Below are positions 10,181 through 18,634 of a stretch of 64,000 nt of DNA, one piece after another. The position numbers and the translations under genes are program-made. The stretch is from an uncultured Coriobacteriia bacterium (GTDB taxonomy: Bacteria > Actinomycetota > Coriobacteriia > Anaerosomatales > JAAXUF01), in contig CAWBKW010000003.1 in the NCBI GenBank assembly GCA_963789515.1, forward strand, positions 75,653 through 139,652. Reading direction: 5' to 3'. The number at the start of each line of letters is the position of its first letter. Within the stretch, counting starts at the first letter, position 1. The notes below the pieces were generated by a model that was not told the DNA's origin, did no database searches, and worked only from the letters and a program-made list of their open reading frames with translations.

Positions 10181-10690
10181 ATGAACGTGTCAACGCGCTA
10201 CACGCCCGGAAAGAAAGTACTGGCGCTTCTCGTGATCTGCGCGGCGCTTGTGGCCCTGCTGGTGAGCGGCTGCTCCGGAGGCAAGTCGACCGGCGCCAGC
10301 GCGGACCAGAAGGCGATGCTCGACGCTGTCGGTAAGTTCTATGTCGCCCAGGCCAGCCTCGATCTCGCCGGGATGAAGGCCGCCCTCTACGACCCGCAGG
10401 ATATCTCCGGGATCGCAACGGCCACCGTTCCGCCGGGTGCGACGAAGGCCGAGGTCGCCGCGAAGCCGGTCGGCGAGACTGTCGTCATCACCATCCCGTC
10501 GCAGGAGCTGACGCTCACCGCATCTGTCTCCACGGCATCGGTGAACGCCGTCAAGCTCTCGGACCCGAACGGCCAGTCCATCACGCTGATCATGAAGAAG
10601 GACGGCAGCGCCTGGAAGATCGACGTCGCCGAAACCCAGCGGGTCAGCGCGGAGCAGGCGGGCGGAGCTGCAGGGCAGAGCGCGCCGTAG
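10181..10690 (+). CDS. lipoprotein of unknown function, inserted between oxidoreductase subunit genes
   Basis: MNVSTRYTPGKKVLALLVICAALVALLVSGCSGG (lipobox). AGGAG lies 7 nt upstream of ATG 10181. Confidence 0.6.
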   Translation: MNVSTRYTPGKKVLALLVICAALVALLVSGCSGGKSTGASADQKAMLDAVGKFYVAQASLDLAGMKAALYDPQDISGIATATVPPGATKAEVAAKPVGETVVITIPSQELTLTASVSTASVNAVKLSDPNGQSITLIMKKDGSAWKIDVAETQRVSAEQAGGAAGQSAP

Positions 10691-10724
10691 GGACTGCGGG
10701 CCGCGACAGCTCGGTTCGGACCGG

Positions 10725-11153
10725 CTACTCCTCGGAGTTGCGATCCGGGCCGAGTTGCTTTGCCCACTTGATCGCCACGTAGGCAGCGGCGATGCCGACG
10801 AAGAGCGACGCTATGCCGATGATGGTCAGCGGATCGTACTTGCCCAAGTCGAGCAGGACGACCTTCCGCGCAAGCGCGATCAGTGCTACGAGAAGCACGA
10901 TCTCGGCATGGACCTGGTTGTCCTTGAAGTAGACCTCGACCGTCTCGACCAGCTCGACCGCTATGAGCACCGAAAGGAAGACGCCGAAGGCCCCGAGCAG
11001 CTCTTGCTCGCTCAGGAGCAGGTCGCCACCGGGAAGCCAGGGCATGGCGAGCGTCAGCGGCAACCAGATCAGCTCGAGCACCGCGATGCCGAGCAGGAAG
11101 AACATCATGATGAGCAGGATGCCGGCGATGAACCGCTTGCCCTTCTCGGCCAT
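10725..11153 (-). CDS. psiE: PsiE-family (phosphate-starvation-inducible) membrane protein
   Basis: Four hydrophobic helices plus VEVYFKDNQVHAEIVLLVALIALARKVVLLD. Start MAEKGKRF; an upstream GTG is also possible. Confidence 0.65.
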   Translation of the reverse strand: MAEKGKRFIAGILLIMMFFLLGIAVLELIWLPLTLAMPWLPGGDLLLSEQELLGAFGVFLSVLIAVELVETVEVYFKDNQVHAEIVLLVALIALARKVVLLDLGKYDPLTIIGIASLFVGIAAAYVAIKWAKQLGPDRNSEE

Positions 11154-11371
11154 GACGATCAGGGGATGCTTCTTGCCGTTTGCCGGCTGCTCCACGGGTT
11201 CTCCTCCGCGACTCGGTGTACGACACTCCAAACCCGGCGGCGCGTCGCGCGCGCGGTCGCTCTGCCTGGCTGAGTCTATCGCAACCGCAGGTCGGTGGGG
11301 ACGAACTTCCGGCATCGCGGCTGACTGATATCATCCGAGGGACGCACCGCTGAAGCCCGAGGAGCGAACCC

Positions 11372-11701
11372 ATGTCGAGCGGCACCGCTGAGAACCAGAT
11401 CGCACAATCGAAGCCGTCGGTCGGCGAGGCCGGCGCCACGGGCGACTGGCGCAGCAAGCATCCGGTCATCGATCCGGCCGGGTGCCTCGCCGCCAAGAAG
11501 GGGAGCGAGACCTGCCAGCTCTGCTGGGTCTACTGCCCTGACGCCTGCATCACGCGAGGTGTGCCGCCGTTGATCGAGCTCACCTACTGCAAGGGCTGCG
11601 GGATCTGCGCGGTCGAGTGCCCGGGCAACGCGATCGAGATGGTGCCTGAGGGCGAGCATGGAGCCTGCGAGATCATCGCCGCGGAGAGGATCGAGCGATG
11701 A
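11372..11701 (+). CDS. 2-oxoacid:ferredoxin oxidoreductase delta subunit (2x[4Fe-4S] ferredoxin)
   Basis: CQLCWVYCPDACI and CKGCGICAVECPGNAI. The stop overlaps the next start (ATGA). Confidence 0.85.
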   Translation: MSSGTAENQIAQSKPSVGEAGATGDWRSKHPVIDPAGCLAAKKGSETCQLCWVYCPDACITRGVPPLIELTYCKGCGICAVECPGNAIEMVPEGEHGACEIIAAERIER

Positions 11702-12939
11702 GCGCGCGCGAGAGTGCACCCGCCGTCTCCGTCATCACCGGCAACGAGGCTGCCGCCACCGCCGCCAAGCTCGCGCGCGTGCAGGTCATCGCCGCCTACC
11801 CGATCACCCCGCAGTCGCCGGTTGTCGAGCAGCTCTCGGCGTGGGTCGAGTCCGGCGAGCTTCCCGCCGAGTTCGTCACCGTCGAGTCCGAGCACTCCGC
11901 GCTGACCGTCTGCATCACCGCCTCCACCGTCGGCGCGCGCGTGTTCACCGCCACGAGCGCCAACGGGCTTGCGTACATGACCGAGCAGGTCTGGTGGGCC
12001 GCCGGAGCGCGGCTCCCCATCGTGATGTGCGTCGCCAACCGCGCGATGGCCGCCCCGTGGAACGTCCTCAACGACCAGCAGGACTCGATGTCCGTGCGCG
12101 ACGCCGGCTGGGTCCAGCTCTACTGCCGAGACAACCAGGAGATCCTCGACACCACGCTGCAGGCGTACCGCATCGCCGAGCAGCTCCACGTGCCCGTGAT
12201 GGTGTGCTACGACGGCTTCCTGCTCTCACACACCGTCATGCCGGTCGAACTCATCGCTGCCGAGACAGCCGACGAGTTCCTGCCTCCGTACACGACGCCG
12301 CTGACCGTCGTCGACCCGGACGACCCGCGCAACATCGGCCCGGTCACGATCGCGGACCCGCGCGCCGATGCCGACGGCGTCGTGCGGCCCGGCTACATGG
12401 AGATCCGACAGCAGCTGCACGCGGTGCTCTCCGAGGCGCTCGAGGTCATCCCTGCGGTCGACAGCGAGCTCGGGGCGCTCACCGGGCGCGTCTGGGGCGG
12501 CCTGACCTGGGAGTACCTGCTCGACGACGCCGAGATGGTGCTCGTGGCGGCCGGATCGCTCGGCATGCAGCTCACGGTTGCGGTCGACCAACTGCGCGCG
12601 AGCGGGGTCAAGGCCGGGGTGCTCGGCATCCGGGCGTACCGGCCGTTCCCGGCGGCCGCGCTTCGTGACAAGTTGACAGGGCGCAAGGGCGTGCTCGTCT
12701 TCGACAAGGCGGTTTCGTACGGGTACGAGGGCCCCATCTGCACCGACGTGCGTGCGGCGCTCTACGGAGAGCCGGGCGCGCCGGTGGTCTGGGGAGCTGT
12801 CTGCGGTCTCGGCGGCCGAGACGTTTCGCCCGAGCAGCTCGCGGACGCGGCGCTCAGGGCTCTCGCGGACGGACATGCCGGCGTGCGGCACCGGCCGACT
12901 GACTGGGTCAACCTCAAGCTGACGGGAGGCGCGAAGTGA
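11698..12939 (+). CDS. 2-oxoacid:ferredoxin oxidoreductase alpha subunit
   Basis: GNEAAATAAKLARVQVIAAYPITPQSP...ESEHSALT...TSANGLAYM. Intact 413 aa. Confidence 0.9.
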   Translation: MSARESAPAVSVITGNEAAATAAKLARVQVIAAYPITPQSPVVEQLSAWVESGELPAEFVTVESEHSALTVCITASTVGARVFTATSANGLAYMTEQVWWAAGARLPIVMCVANRAMAAPWNVLNDQQDSMSVRDAGWVQLYCRDNQEILDTTLQAYRIAEQLHVPVMVCYDGFLLSHTVMPVELIAAETADEFLPPYTTPLTVVDPDDPRNIGPVTIADPRADADGVVRPGYMEIRQQLHAVLSEALEVIPAVDSELGALTGRVWGGLTWEYLLDDAEMVLVAAGSLGMQLTVAVDQLRASGVKAGVLGIRAYRPFPAAALRDKLTGRKGVLVFDKAVSYGYEGPICTDVRAALYGEPGAPVVWGAVCGLGGRDVSPEQLADAALRALADGHAGVRHRPTDWVNLKLTGGAK

Positions 12940-13838
12940 CCCGCATCATCGATCTTCCCGCCCGCGAGTACGTCCTGCCCGGCAACCGTGCCTGCGCCGG
13001 CTGCGGTATCGGCATCGGCCTGCGGGCGATCACCAAGGCGCTCGAGGGCCGCATGGTCATGGCCGTGCCGGCGAGCTGCCTCACCGTGCTCGGCGGCATG
13101 TACCCGACCGCCTCGGTCGAGGTGCCGTGGGTCAACGTCGCCTTCCCGTCGACGGCCGCAGCGGCCGCCGGACTCGCTGCGGGGCTCCGCGCGACCGGCC
13201 GCGACGGCGAGATGACGGTGCTCGCGATGGCGGGCGACGGTGGCACCGGCGACATCGGCATCCAGGCGCTCTCCGGCGCTGCCGAGAGAAACGACGACTT
13301 CATCTACCTGTGCTACGACAACGAGGCGTACATGAACACCGGCACGCAGCGCAGCGGGCTCACCCCCGCAGGCGCGCGGACCACCACCACGTGGTCGGGC
13401 AAGCGCGAGAACCCCAAGGACCTGCCGCGCATCATGGAAGCGCACGGCATCCCGTACGTCGCTTCGACCTCGGCCGCGTTCCCCGCCGACGTCTACGACA
13501 AGGTGGCCAAGGCGCGCGGGATACACGGCCTGCGCTACATCCATATGAACACCCCGTGTCCCAGCGGCTGGAGCTTCGACCCCAAGGACACGGTCGAACT
13601 CGGCAAGCTCGCGGTGGACACCGGCCTCGTCGTGCTCTACGAGATCGAGGACGGCGTCTTCCGCCTCACCGGCCGTAGCGCCTCGCTCGCCAAGAGCGGT
13701 GCCCGCAAGCCCGTCGCCGACTACGTCGCCACCCAGGGCCGCTTCCGCGGCATGACCGCCGAGACGATCGCCGAGGTCCAGGCGTGGGTCGACAAGCGCT
13801 GGGCCGGCTACGTCGCACGCAACGCGACCCCGGCATAG
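12936..13838 (+). CDS. 2-oxoacid:ferredoxin oxidoreductase beta subunit (TPP-binding)
   Basis: PGNRACAGCG...AGDGGTGDIGIQALSGAAERNDDFIYLCYDNEAYMNTG. GTGA overlap with the alpha subunit gene. Confidence 0.9.
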   Translation: MTRIIDLPAREYVLPGNRACAGCGIGIGLRAITKALEGRMVMAVPASCLTVLGGMYPTASVEVPWVNVAFPSTAAAAAGLAAGLRATGRDGEMTVLAMAGDGGTGDIGIQALSGAAERNDDFIYLCYDNEAYMNTGTQRSGLTPAGARTTTTWSGKRENPKDLPRIMEAHGIPYVASTSAAFPADVYDKVAKARGIHGLRYIHMNTPCPSGWSFDPKDTVELGKLAVDTGLVVLYEIEDGVFRLTGRSASLAKSGARKPVADYVATQGRFRGMTAETIAEVQAWVDKRWAGYVARNATPA

Positions 13839-13850
13839 CGCCGGGGTCGC
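13824..13850. terminator. hairpin overlapping the beta-subunit stop codon, between convergent genes
   Basis: gcgaccccggc-atagc-gccggggtcgc (11-bp perfect stem). Confidence 0.5.
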
Positions 13851-13889
13851 GGAGATCACCCATCATTCATGCCGAGGCGGACCCGTCCG

Positions 13890-14360
13890 CTACTTCTCGG
13901 ACTCGACCTCGACCTTGAACGTCTCGGCGGGCGGGGTACCGGTCTCCCATGGGCGGAGGTAGGTCAGACTGAGCGGACCCTTGCCGGTGGCGGTGACCGA
14001 GAACGTCAGGGTCTGCTTGCCGCCCGCCCCCACGACGCCGCTCGCCGCCTCTGAGGCGAACTCCGGCTCGCCTTCGGACTTCAGGAACTCAGGCGCCGAG
14101 GCGACCGTCCAGGTGAAGCCGGTGCTCGGGTTGCCGTCCAGCACGACTTTGAGCGTCTGACCAGGCGCGACGGTCACGGTCTTGTCGGCGTCAGCCTTGG
14201 TCACGACGACCACCGCCGGCTTCTTGCCGGAGGATCCCGAGCCGCTCGCGCCGCCCGTGTCGGCCGGCTTCGTGCAGCCGGAGAGAAGGACAGCCAAGAG
14301 CGCTGCGACGGCTACCGCTGCGAGTAGTGCTTTCCAGGCTTGTCGCCCAGATCCCATCAT
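13890..14360 (-). CDS. chagasin-like (I42 family) cysteine-peptidase inhibitor lipoprotein
   Basis: Lipobox LLSGC. GNPSTGFTWTV (NPTTG-type loop), GAGGKQTLTF, YLRPWE (RPW loop). Confidence 0.75.
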   Translation of the reverse strand: MMGSGRQAWKALLAAVAVAALLAVLLSGCTKPADTGGASGSGSSGKKPAVVVVTKADADKTVTVAPGQTLKVVLDGNPSTGFTWTVASAPEFLKSEGEPEFASEAASGVVGAGGKQTLTFSVTATGKGPLSLTYLRPWETGTPPAETFKVEVESEK

Positions 14361-14558
14361 GGCGCCTCCGATCATCAGTTGTGAGAGCATTCGTGTGTGC
14401 CGGAACTCCGCCGGCAGTAGCTCCCTAGCGTTGATTCTGCCCGAAGGAGCTTCTGCCCAATAGGGTCCGACAGCGGTTGCGTGCGTGAGCAGATGGGAAC
14501 AAGTGCCAGTGAGAGGCTCGCAGCCTCGTTGGGCTGCGCGAAGAGAGGAGCCGCCCGC

Positions 14559-16241
14559 ATGACCGATGAGACCACACCTCCCGAGCAGTGGGATCCGGCA
14601 GGCCCGGTAGAGCCGGAAGCCCCGGTCCCGTCGGCAGAACCCCCGGCGTCCTTCGCCCCGGACGACTCCGAGCAGGCGTCGGAGGACTCGGCGCGGTCTG
14701 CCGAGCCCATGGGGGCGGACTCGCCGGCAGATGCGGAGACGCCTCCGGCCTCTCCGCAGCCCGAGGATCCGTTTGCGGCTGCCGAGCCGCAGCCGGCCGA
14801 GCCTGAGCCGGTCGCTCCTGAGCCGGTGCCGGTGGCCGCGCCACCCGCGACGTCCGCGCTCGGCCCGACGATCGCTTCGGGTTCCCGCGTCGTGGTCATG
14901 GTGTCTCGCGGCCCGTCGCCGATGCCTCCGTCGGCCTTCGTGACGGTGCCCGAGGTCGTGGGTATGGCTCAGGGCGACGCCTTGGCCAAGCTGCAGGAGT
15001 CGGGACTCCCGTCACAGGTCTTCAACGACTACAACGATCGGCTGCCCCGCGGCCAAGTGATGGGGCAGCTGCCCGACCAAGGGATGAGCGTTCCCGCGGG
15101 CGCCGAGTCGGTGCTGATGGTCTCGAGCGGCCCCGCCGCCGCGCCCACCGTAGCGACTTCGCTTCCCAACGTCGTGGGATTCCCGGAGTCGGATGCCGTC
15201 TTCCGGATGCAGTCGGCCGGCCTCTCACCTCAGCTCGTACGGGAGTACAGTCCCAACGTCCCCGACGGCATCGTCATCGCTCAGCTGCCCAACACGTCCT
15301 CGCTGATCGAGATGCCCAAGAGGCGTTCGCTCGCCTGGCTCTGGATCGTCCTCGCAGTGCTCGTGGTAGCCGCTCTGGCGGTCGGCGCCTACCTCTACCT
15401 GAACCGTACCGGCGTCGTTCCCGCCGTGGTCGGTCTGACGCAGGCCGACGCGACAACCTCAATCACGGCCGCTGGATTCAAGGTCGGCAGCGTGGGCACG
15501 ACGCAGACGCTGAAGGCCTCAGAAGTCGGCAAGGTCATCTCGCAGTCGCCGACCGCCAACACCGAAGCGAAGATGAACGCGGGCATCGACATCATCGTCT
15601 CCGGAGGCCAACAACTCCTCGAAGTTCCGACGGTCGTCGGCAAGACACAGTCGGAGGCCGAGAAGGCACTCAAGGACGTCGGACTGACCGCTTCGGTCAC
15701 CAAGGGCTTCAGCAGCACGGTGGTCAAGGGCGTCGTGATATCGCAGGCGCCGTCGGCCGGACAGAAGGTGCCGATCGAGACCAGCGTAGGCATCGTCGTC
15801 TCCGAGGGCGCACAGAACGTGTCCGTCCCAGGGCTCTCCGGACAGTCCCAGAGCCAAGCGACGACCACGCTCAAGTCGCTCGGGCTCGGCACGCAGGTGG
15901 TGACCAACTACAGTACGTCCGGGGTCGCAAAGGGCCAGGTTGCTGACCAGTTCCCCTCTGCAGGTACGTCCGTGCCCCCGGGCACGATCGTGGGTCTCGT
16001 GGTGTCGGGAGGTCCTATCCCATCGGGCAACTCGACCGCCACCGTGAGCGTTACCAGCGTGGTGGACAAGACCTCAAGCTCTGCTGAGACCGCGATCAAG
16101 AATCAGGGGCTCAAGCCGGTGGCCGTGCAGTGGAGTGGGACCGGCCAGCCGCCCAACCAAGTCGTCGGACAGACCCCCGACTCAGGCGCCGTCGTGCCGA
16201 AGAACTCGTCGGTCCTGATCTTCGTGTCGAACGGCAAGTAG
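14559..16241 (+). CDS. PASTA-repeat membrane protein without a kinase or PBP domain: acidic Pro-rich N-terminus, about 2 PASTA-like repeats, one TM helix, 4 PASTA repeats
   Basis: Repeats fit the pattern VP.VVG..Q..A...L...GL.......S..V..G.VI.Q.P.AG..V..G..V...VS.G. TM helix is LAWLWIVLAVLVVAALAVGAYLYL. Start MTDETTPPEQ within ORF 14481..16241. Confidence 0.8.
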   Translation: MTDETTPPEQWDPAGPVEPEAPVPSAEPPASFAPDDSEQASEDSARSAEPMGADSPADAETPPASPQPEDPFAAAEPQPAEPEPVAPEPVPVAAPPATSALGPTIASGSRVVVMVSRGPSPMPPSAFVTVPEVVGMAQGDALAKLQESGLPSQVFNDYNDRLPRGQVMGQLPDQGMSVPAGAESVLMVSSGPAAAPTVATSLPNVVGFPESDAVFRMQSAGLSPQLVREYSPNVPDGIVIAQLPNTSSLIEMPKRRSLAWLWIVLAVLVVAALAVGAYLYLNRTGVVPAVVGLTQADATTSITAAGFKVGSVGTTQTLKASEVGKVISQSPTANTEAKMNAGIDIIVSGGQQLLEVPTVVGKTQSEAEKALKDVGLTASVTKGFSSTVVKGVVISQAPSAGQKVPIETSVGIVVSEGAQNVSVPGLSGQSQSQATTTLKSLGLGTQVVTNYSTSGVAKGQVADQFPSAGTSVPPGTIVGLVVSGGPIPSGNSTATVSVTSVVDKTSSSAETAIKNQGLKPVAVQWSGTGQPPNQVVGQTPDSGAVVPKNSSVLIFVSNGK

Positions 16242-16268
16242 ACATTGAGGCTGACAGGTAGCGCTTTC

Positions 16269-16296
16269 GGGGCGCGGCCCATGCGGGTCGCGCCCC
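16269..16296 (+). terminator. 12-bp stem hairpin after the PASTA gene
   Basis: ggggcgcggccc-atgc-gggtcgcgcccc (one G-T pair). No clear U-tract follows. Confidence 0.45.
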
Positions 16297-16378
16297 TCCC
16301 TCGTGAAGCACCGAGTAGCGCGATCTTCTCCTTGACCGTCCCGCGGGCGCGCGGGTATCCTCACTAGGCGTTGCGCAC

Positions 16379-16454
16379 GGCCAGGTAGCTCAGTTGGTAG
16401 AGCAGGGGACTGAAAATCCCCGTGTCGGCGGTTCAAGTCCGTCTCTGGCCACCA
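16379..16454 (+). tRNA. tRNA-Phe (GAA), CCA encoded
   Basis: Cloverleaf folded by hand: acceptor GGCCAGG/TCTGGCC, anticodon loop CTGAAAA, T-loop GGTTCAAGTCC, then ACCA. Confidence 0.9.
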
Positions 16455-16465
16455 GAGAATCCGAA

Positions 16466-16496
16466 GAAAGCCTCGCCTTCCGGCGGGGCTTTCTTG
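16466..16496 (+). terminator. intrinsic terminator after tRNA-Phe
   Basis: gaaagcctcgcc-ttcc-ggcggggctttc followed by ttgctgt. Confidence 0.6.
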
Positions 16497-16668
16497 CTGT
16501 CCGGGCTGCAACCTCAGCTTCTGCACCCGTCTGCCGTTCGTGACTCGGCCACGGCACCCTGCCAGCCTGTGCGCCATTCTTCTGACGGCCCGAGTCAGGA
16601 CCCCACTCGAGACTGCGCAGTGTCAGAATCCAAGTCACTGAAGTCGAACTGCAGGGAGGCGTACCCAG

Positions 16669-17367
16669 ATGGCCCGGGGATCCAGCGAGCTCAAGAGCAC
16701 CGGATACGAGATCTTCATCGGAATGTTGTCGCTCCTATCGATCTTCAACCTCGTGTTGATCTACGCGTTCCTCAAGGATGGGGGGCTGCAGGACATCCTC
16801 CAGGTGATGAACGCCGTACTGAGCGGCATCTTCTTGGGGGACTTCACCTACAGAATCTTGACGGCCAGCTCGAAATCCGGCTACTTCTTCCGACAGTACG
16901 GGTGGGCCGATTTGGTCGCGAGCGTGCCGCTTCCACAGCTCAAGGTGCTCCGCGTCTTCCGGCTCTTTCGGGTCTATCGACTCATGCGCGATATCGGCCC
17001 GAAGAACATCTTCAACAGCTTGGTCAAGGATCGCGCCGGCAGCGCGCTCTACACCCTGTTGATGGCGGGCATTCTCGTACTGCAGTTCGGCAGCCTGGCG
17101 ATGCTCCGCATCGAGCAGTACGCGACCGGCGCCAACATCACGAGCGCATCCGACGCGCTGTGGTACACGATCGTCACGATCTCGACGGTCGGCTACGGCG
17201 ACCAGTACCCCGTCACGAACGCCGGTCGGGAGGTGGGTGCTCTCATCATCGTGGTCGGCGTCGGCATCTTCGGCACCTTCACCGGCTACCTTGCGAACTT
17301 CTTCCTCTCCCCGACGAGTCAAGAGACGGCCTCTGCGCAGGGAGCCGTCGATCCGCAGCCAAGCTAG
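16669..17367 (+). CDS. ion-transport family potassium channel with an S4-like Arg-repeat helix and a TVGYGD pore
   Basis: LKVLRVFRLFRVYRLMRDI and WYTIVTISTVGYGDQYP. GGGAGG lies 9 nt upstream of the ATG. Confidence 0.85.
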   Translation: MARGSSELKSTGYEIFIGMLSLLSIFNLVLIYAFLKDGGLQDILQVMNAVLSGIFLGDFTYRILTASSKSGYFFRQYGWADLVASVPLPQLKVLRVFRLFRVYRLMRDIGPKNIFNSLVKDRAGSALYTLLMAGILVLQFGSLAMLRIEQYATGANITSASDALWYTIVTISTVGYGDQYPVTNAGREVGALIIVVGVGIFGTFTGYLANFFLSPTSQETASAQGAVDPQPS

Positions 17368-17554
17368 CCGGTCGCATGTCTCCATAACTCGGCACAAGGC
17401 TGAGTTTGGCGACATCGGGCAGTGCAGTTTGGGCCGGGAATCCGAGAGCCGACGGAAGTTCGCGCTCGAGGATTCCATCACTCGGACGAGTCCGATACCA
17501 TCGGGACCAAGGCGCTCGCCCAGTCGGCTACGATGCGTCACATGAGGGGGAAGC

Positions 17555-18277
17555 ATGATGGTCAGGAAGCTGGGCGCCGAGTTCATCGGCACGTTCATCT
17601 TGGTCTTCGCCGGGTGCGGCACGGCTGTCCTCGCGGCGGGTGGCGACGAGAAGAACATCGGTGTCGGCTGGCTCGGCGTGGCTATCGCGTTCGGCCTGAC
17701 CGTCGTGGTCGGTGCCTATGCGCTGGCTGCAATCTCAGGTGCTCACTTCAACCCCGCGGTTACGCTGGGTCTTTGGGCCGGCAGGCGGTTCGAGGCGAAG
17801 GGGATTCTCCCCTATATCGCAGTACAGGTTGTTGCTGCCATCGCTGCCGCGGGGGTGCTTCTGCTCATAGCGCGCGAGCGCCCGGGCTTCTCGCTCGACG
17901 GCGGGTTCGCCTCCAACGGCTACGGCGCACACTCGCCCGGCAACTACGGGATCACAGCTGCGATACTCGTCGAGTTCGTCCTCACATTCATCTTCATCTT
18001 CGTGATCATGGGGAGTACGGACGAGCGCGCGCCAAAGGGGTTCGCCCCTCTGGCGATCGGACTGTGCCTCACCCTTGTGCACCTCGTAGGCATCCCGGTG
18101 ACGAACATGTCCGTGAACCCCGCGCGGAGCATCGGCCCGGCCGTGTTCGTAGGGGGATGGGCGATCCAGCAGCTCTGGCTGTTCATCCTGGTCCCCGTCC
18201 TGGGAGGGATCGCTGCCGGTCTCGCCTACCGGTTCCTGCTTGGGGAGGGTCCGAAGGACGATTTGGGCGCCGCCTGA
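17555..18277 (+). CDS. aqpZ: aquaporin Z / MIP-family channel
   Basis: Two NPA boxes (SGAHFNPAVT and SVNPARS). Length 240 aa. Confidence 0.9.
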   Translation: MMVRKLGAEFIGTFILVFAGCGTAVLAAGGDEKNIGVGWLGVAIAFGLTVVVGAYALAAISGAHFNPAVTLGLWAGRRFEAKGILPYIAVQVVAAIAAAGVLLLIARERPGFSLDGGFASNGYGAHSPGNYGITAAILVEFVLTFIFIFVIMGSTDERAPKGFAPLAIGLCLTLVHLVGIPVTNMSVNPARSIGPAVFVGGWAIQQLWLFILVPVLGGIAAGLAYRFLLGEGPKDDLGAA

Positions 18278-18634
18278 TCAGGTTCCTTCCGAGAGAGGCC
18301 GAGCCGCACGGATCTGGAACCGACCCCTCCCGGTTGGCCGAGCAGGTCGCCGCCGATTCGCGAGTTGTGTCGCCCACTCACTGCAGTCGCATCCTCGTTG
18401 CTTAACATGCCTGGCGCAACGATGCATACTTGGGTACGCGGCGGCGCATTTGTACGCTCTCGCAGGTTGAGGAATCGGGGAATCGGTCTTGGTGGTGCGA
18501 TCCTCCAAAGACAAGCAACGTCCGCTCTCGCAACGTTTGGGGACGCTGCTACCGCGTAACTCCATCCGCAGGGTCGCGGTCATCTTGCAGGCACGCCGAC
18601 CAGTATGGCGAGCGCTGATGACCGCGGCCTCGGA

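Noticed and set aside
18278-18634. Small ORFs in the aqpZ/antiporter spacer (18278..18583(-), 18365..18559(+), 18430..18618(+)).
   Set aside because: They have no RBS, mutually overlapping frames and non-protein-like composition. The spacer is noted under the tRNA-Phe finding instead.
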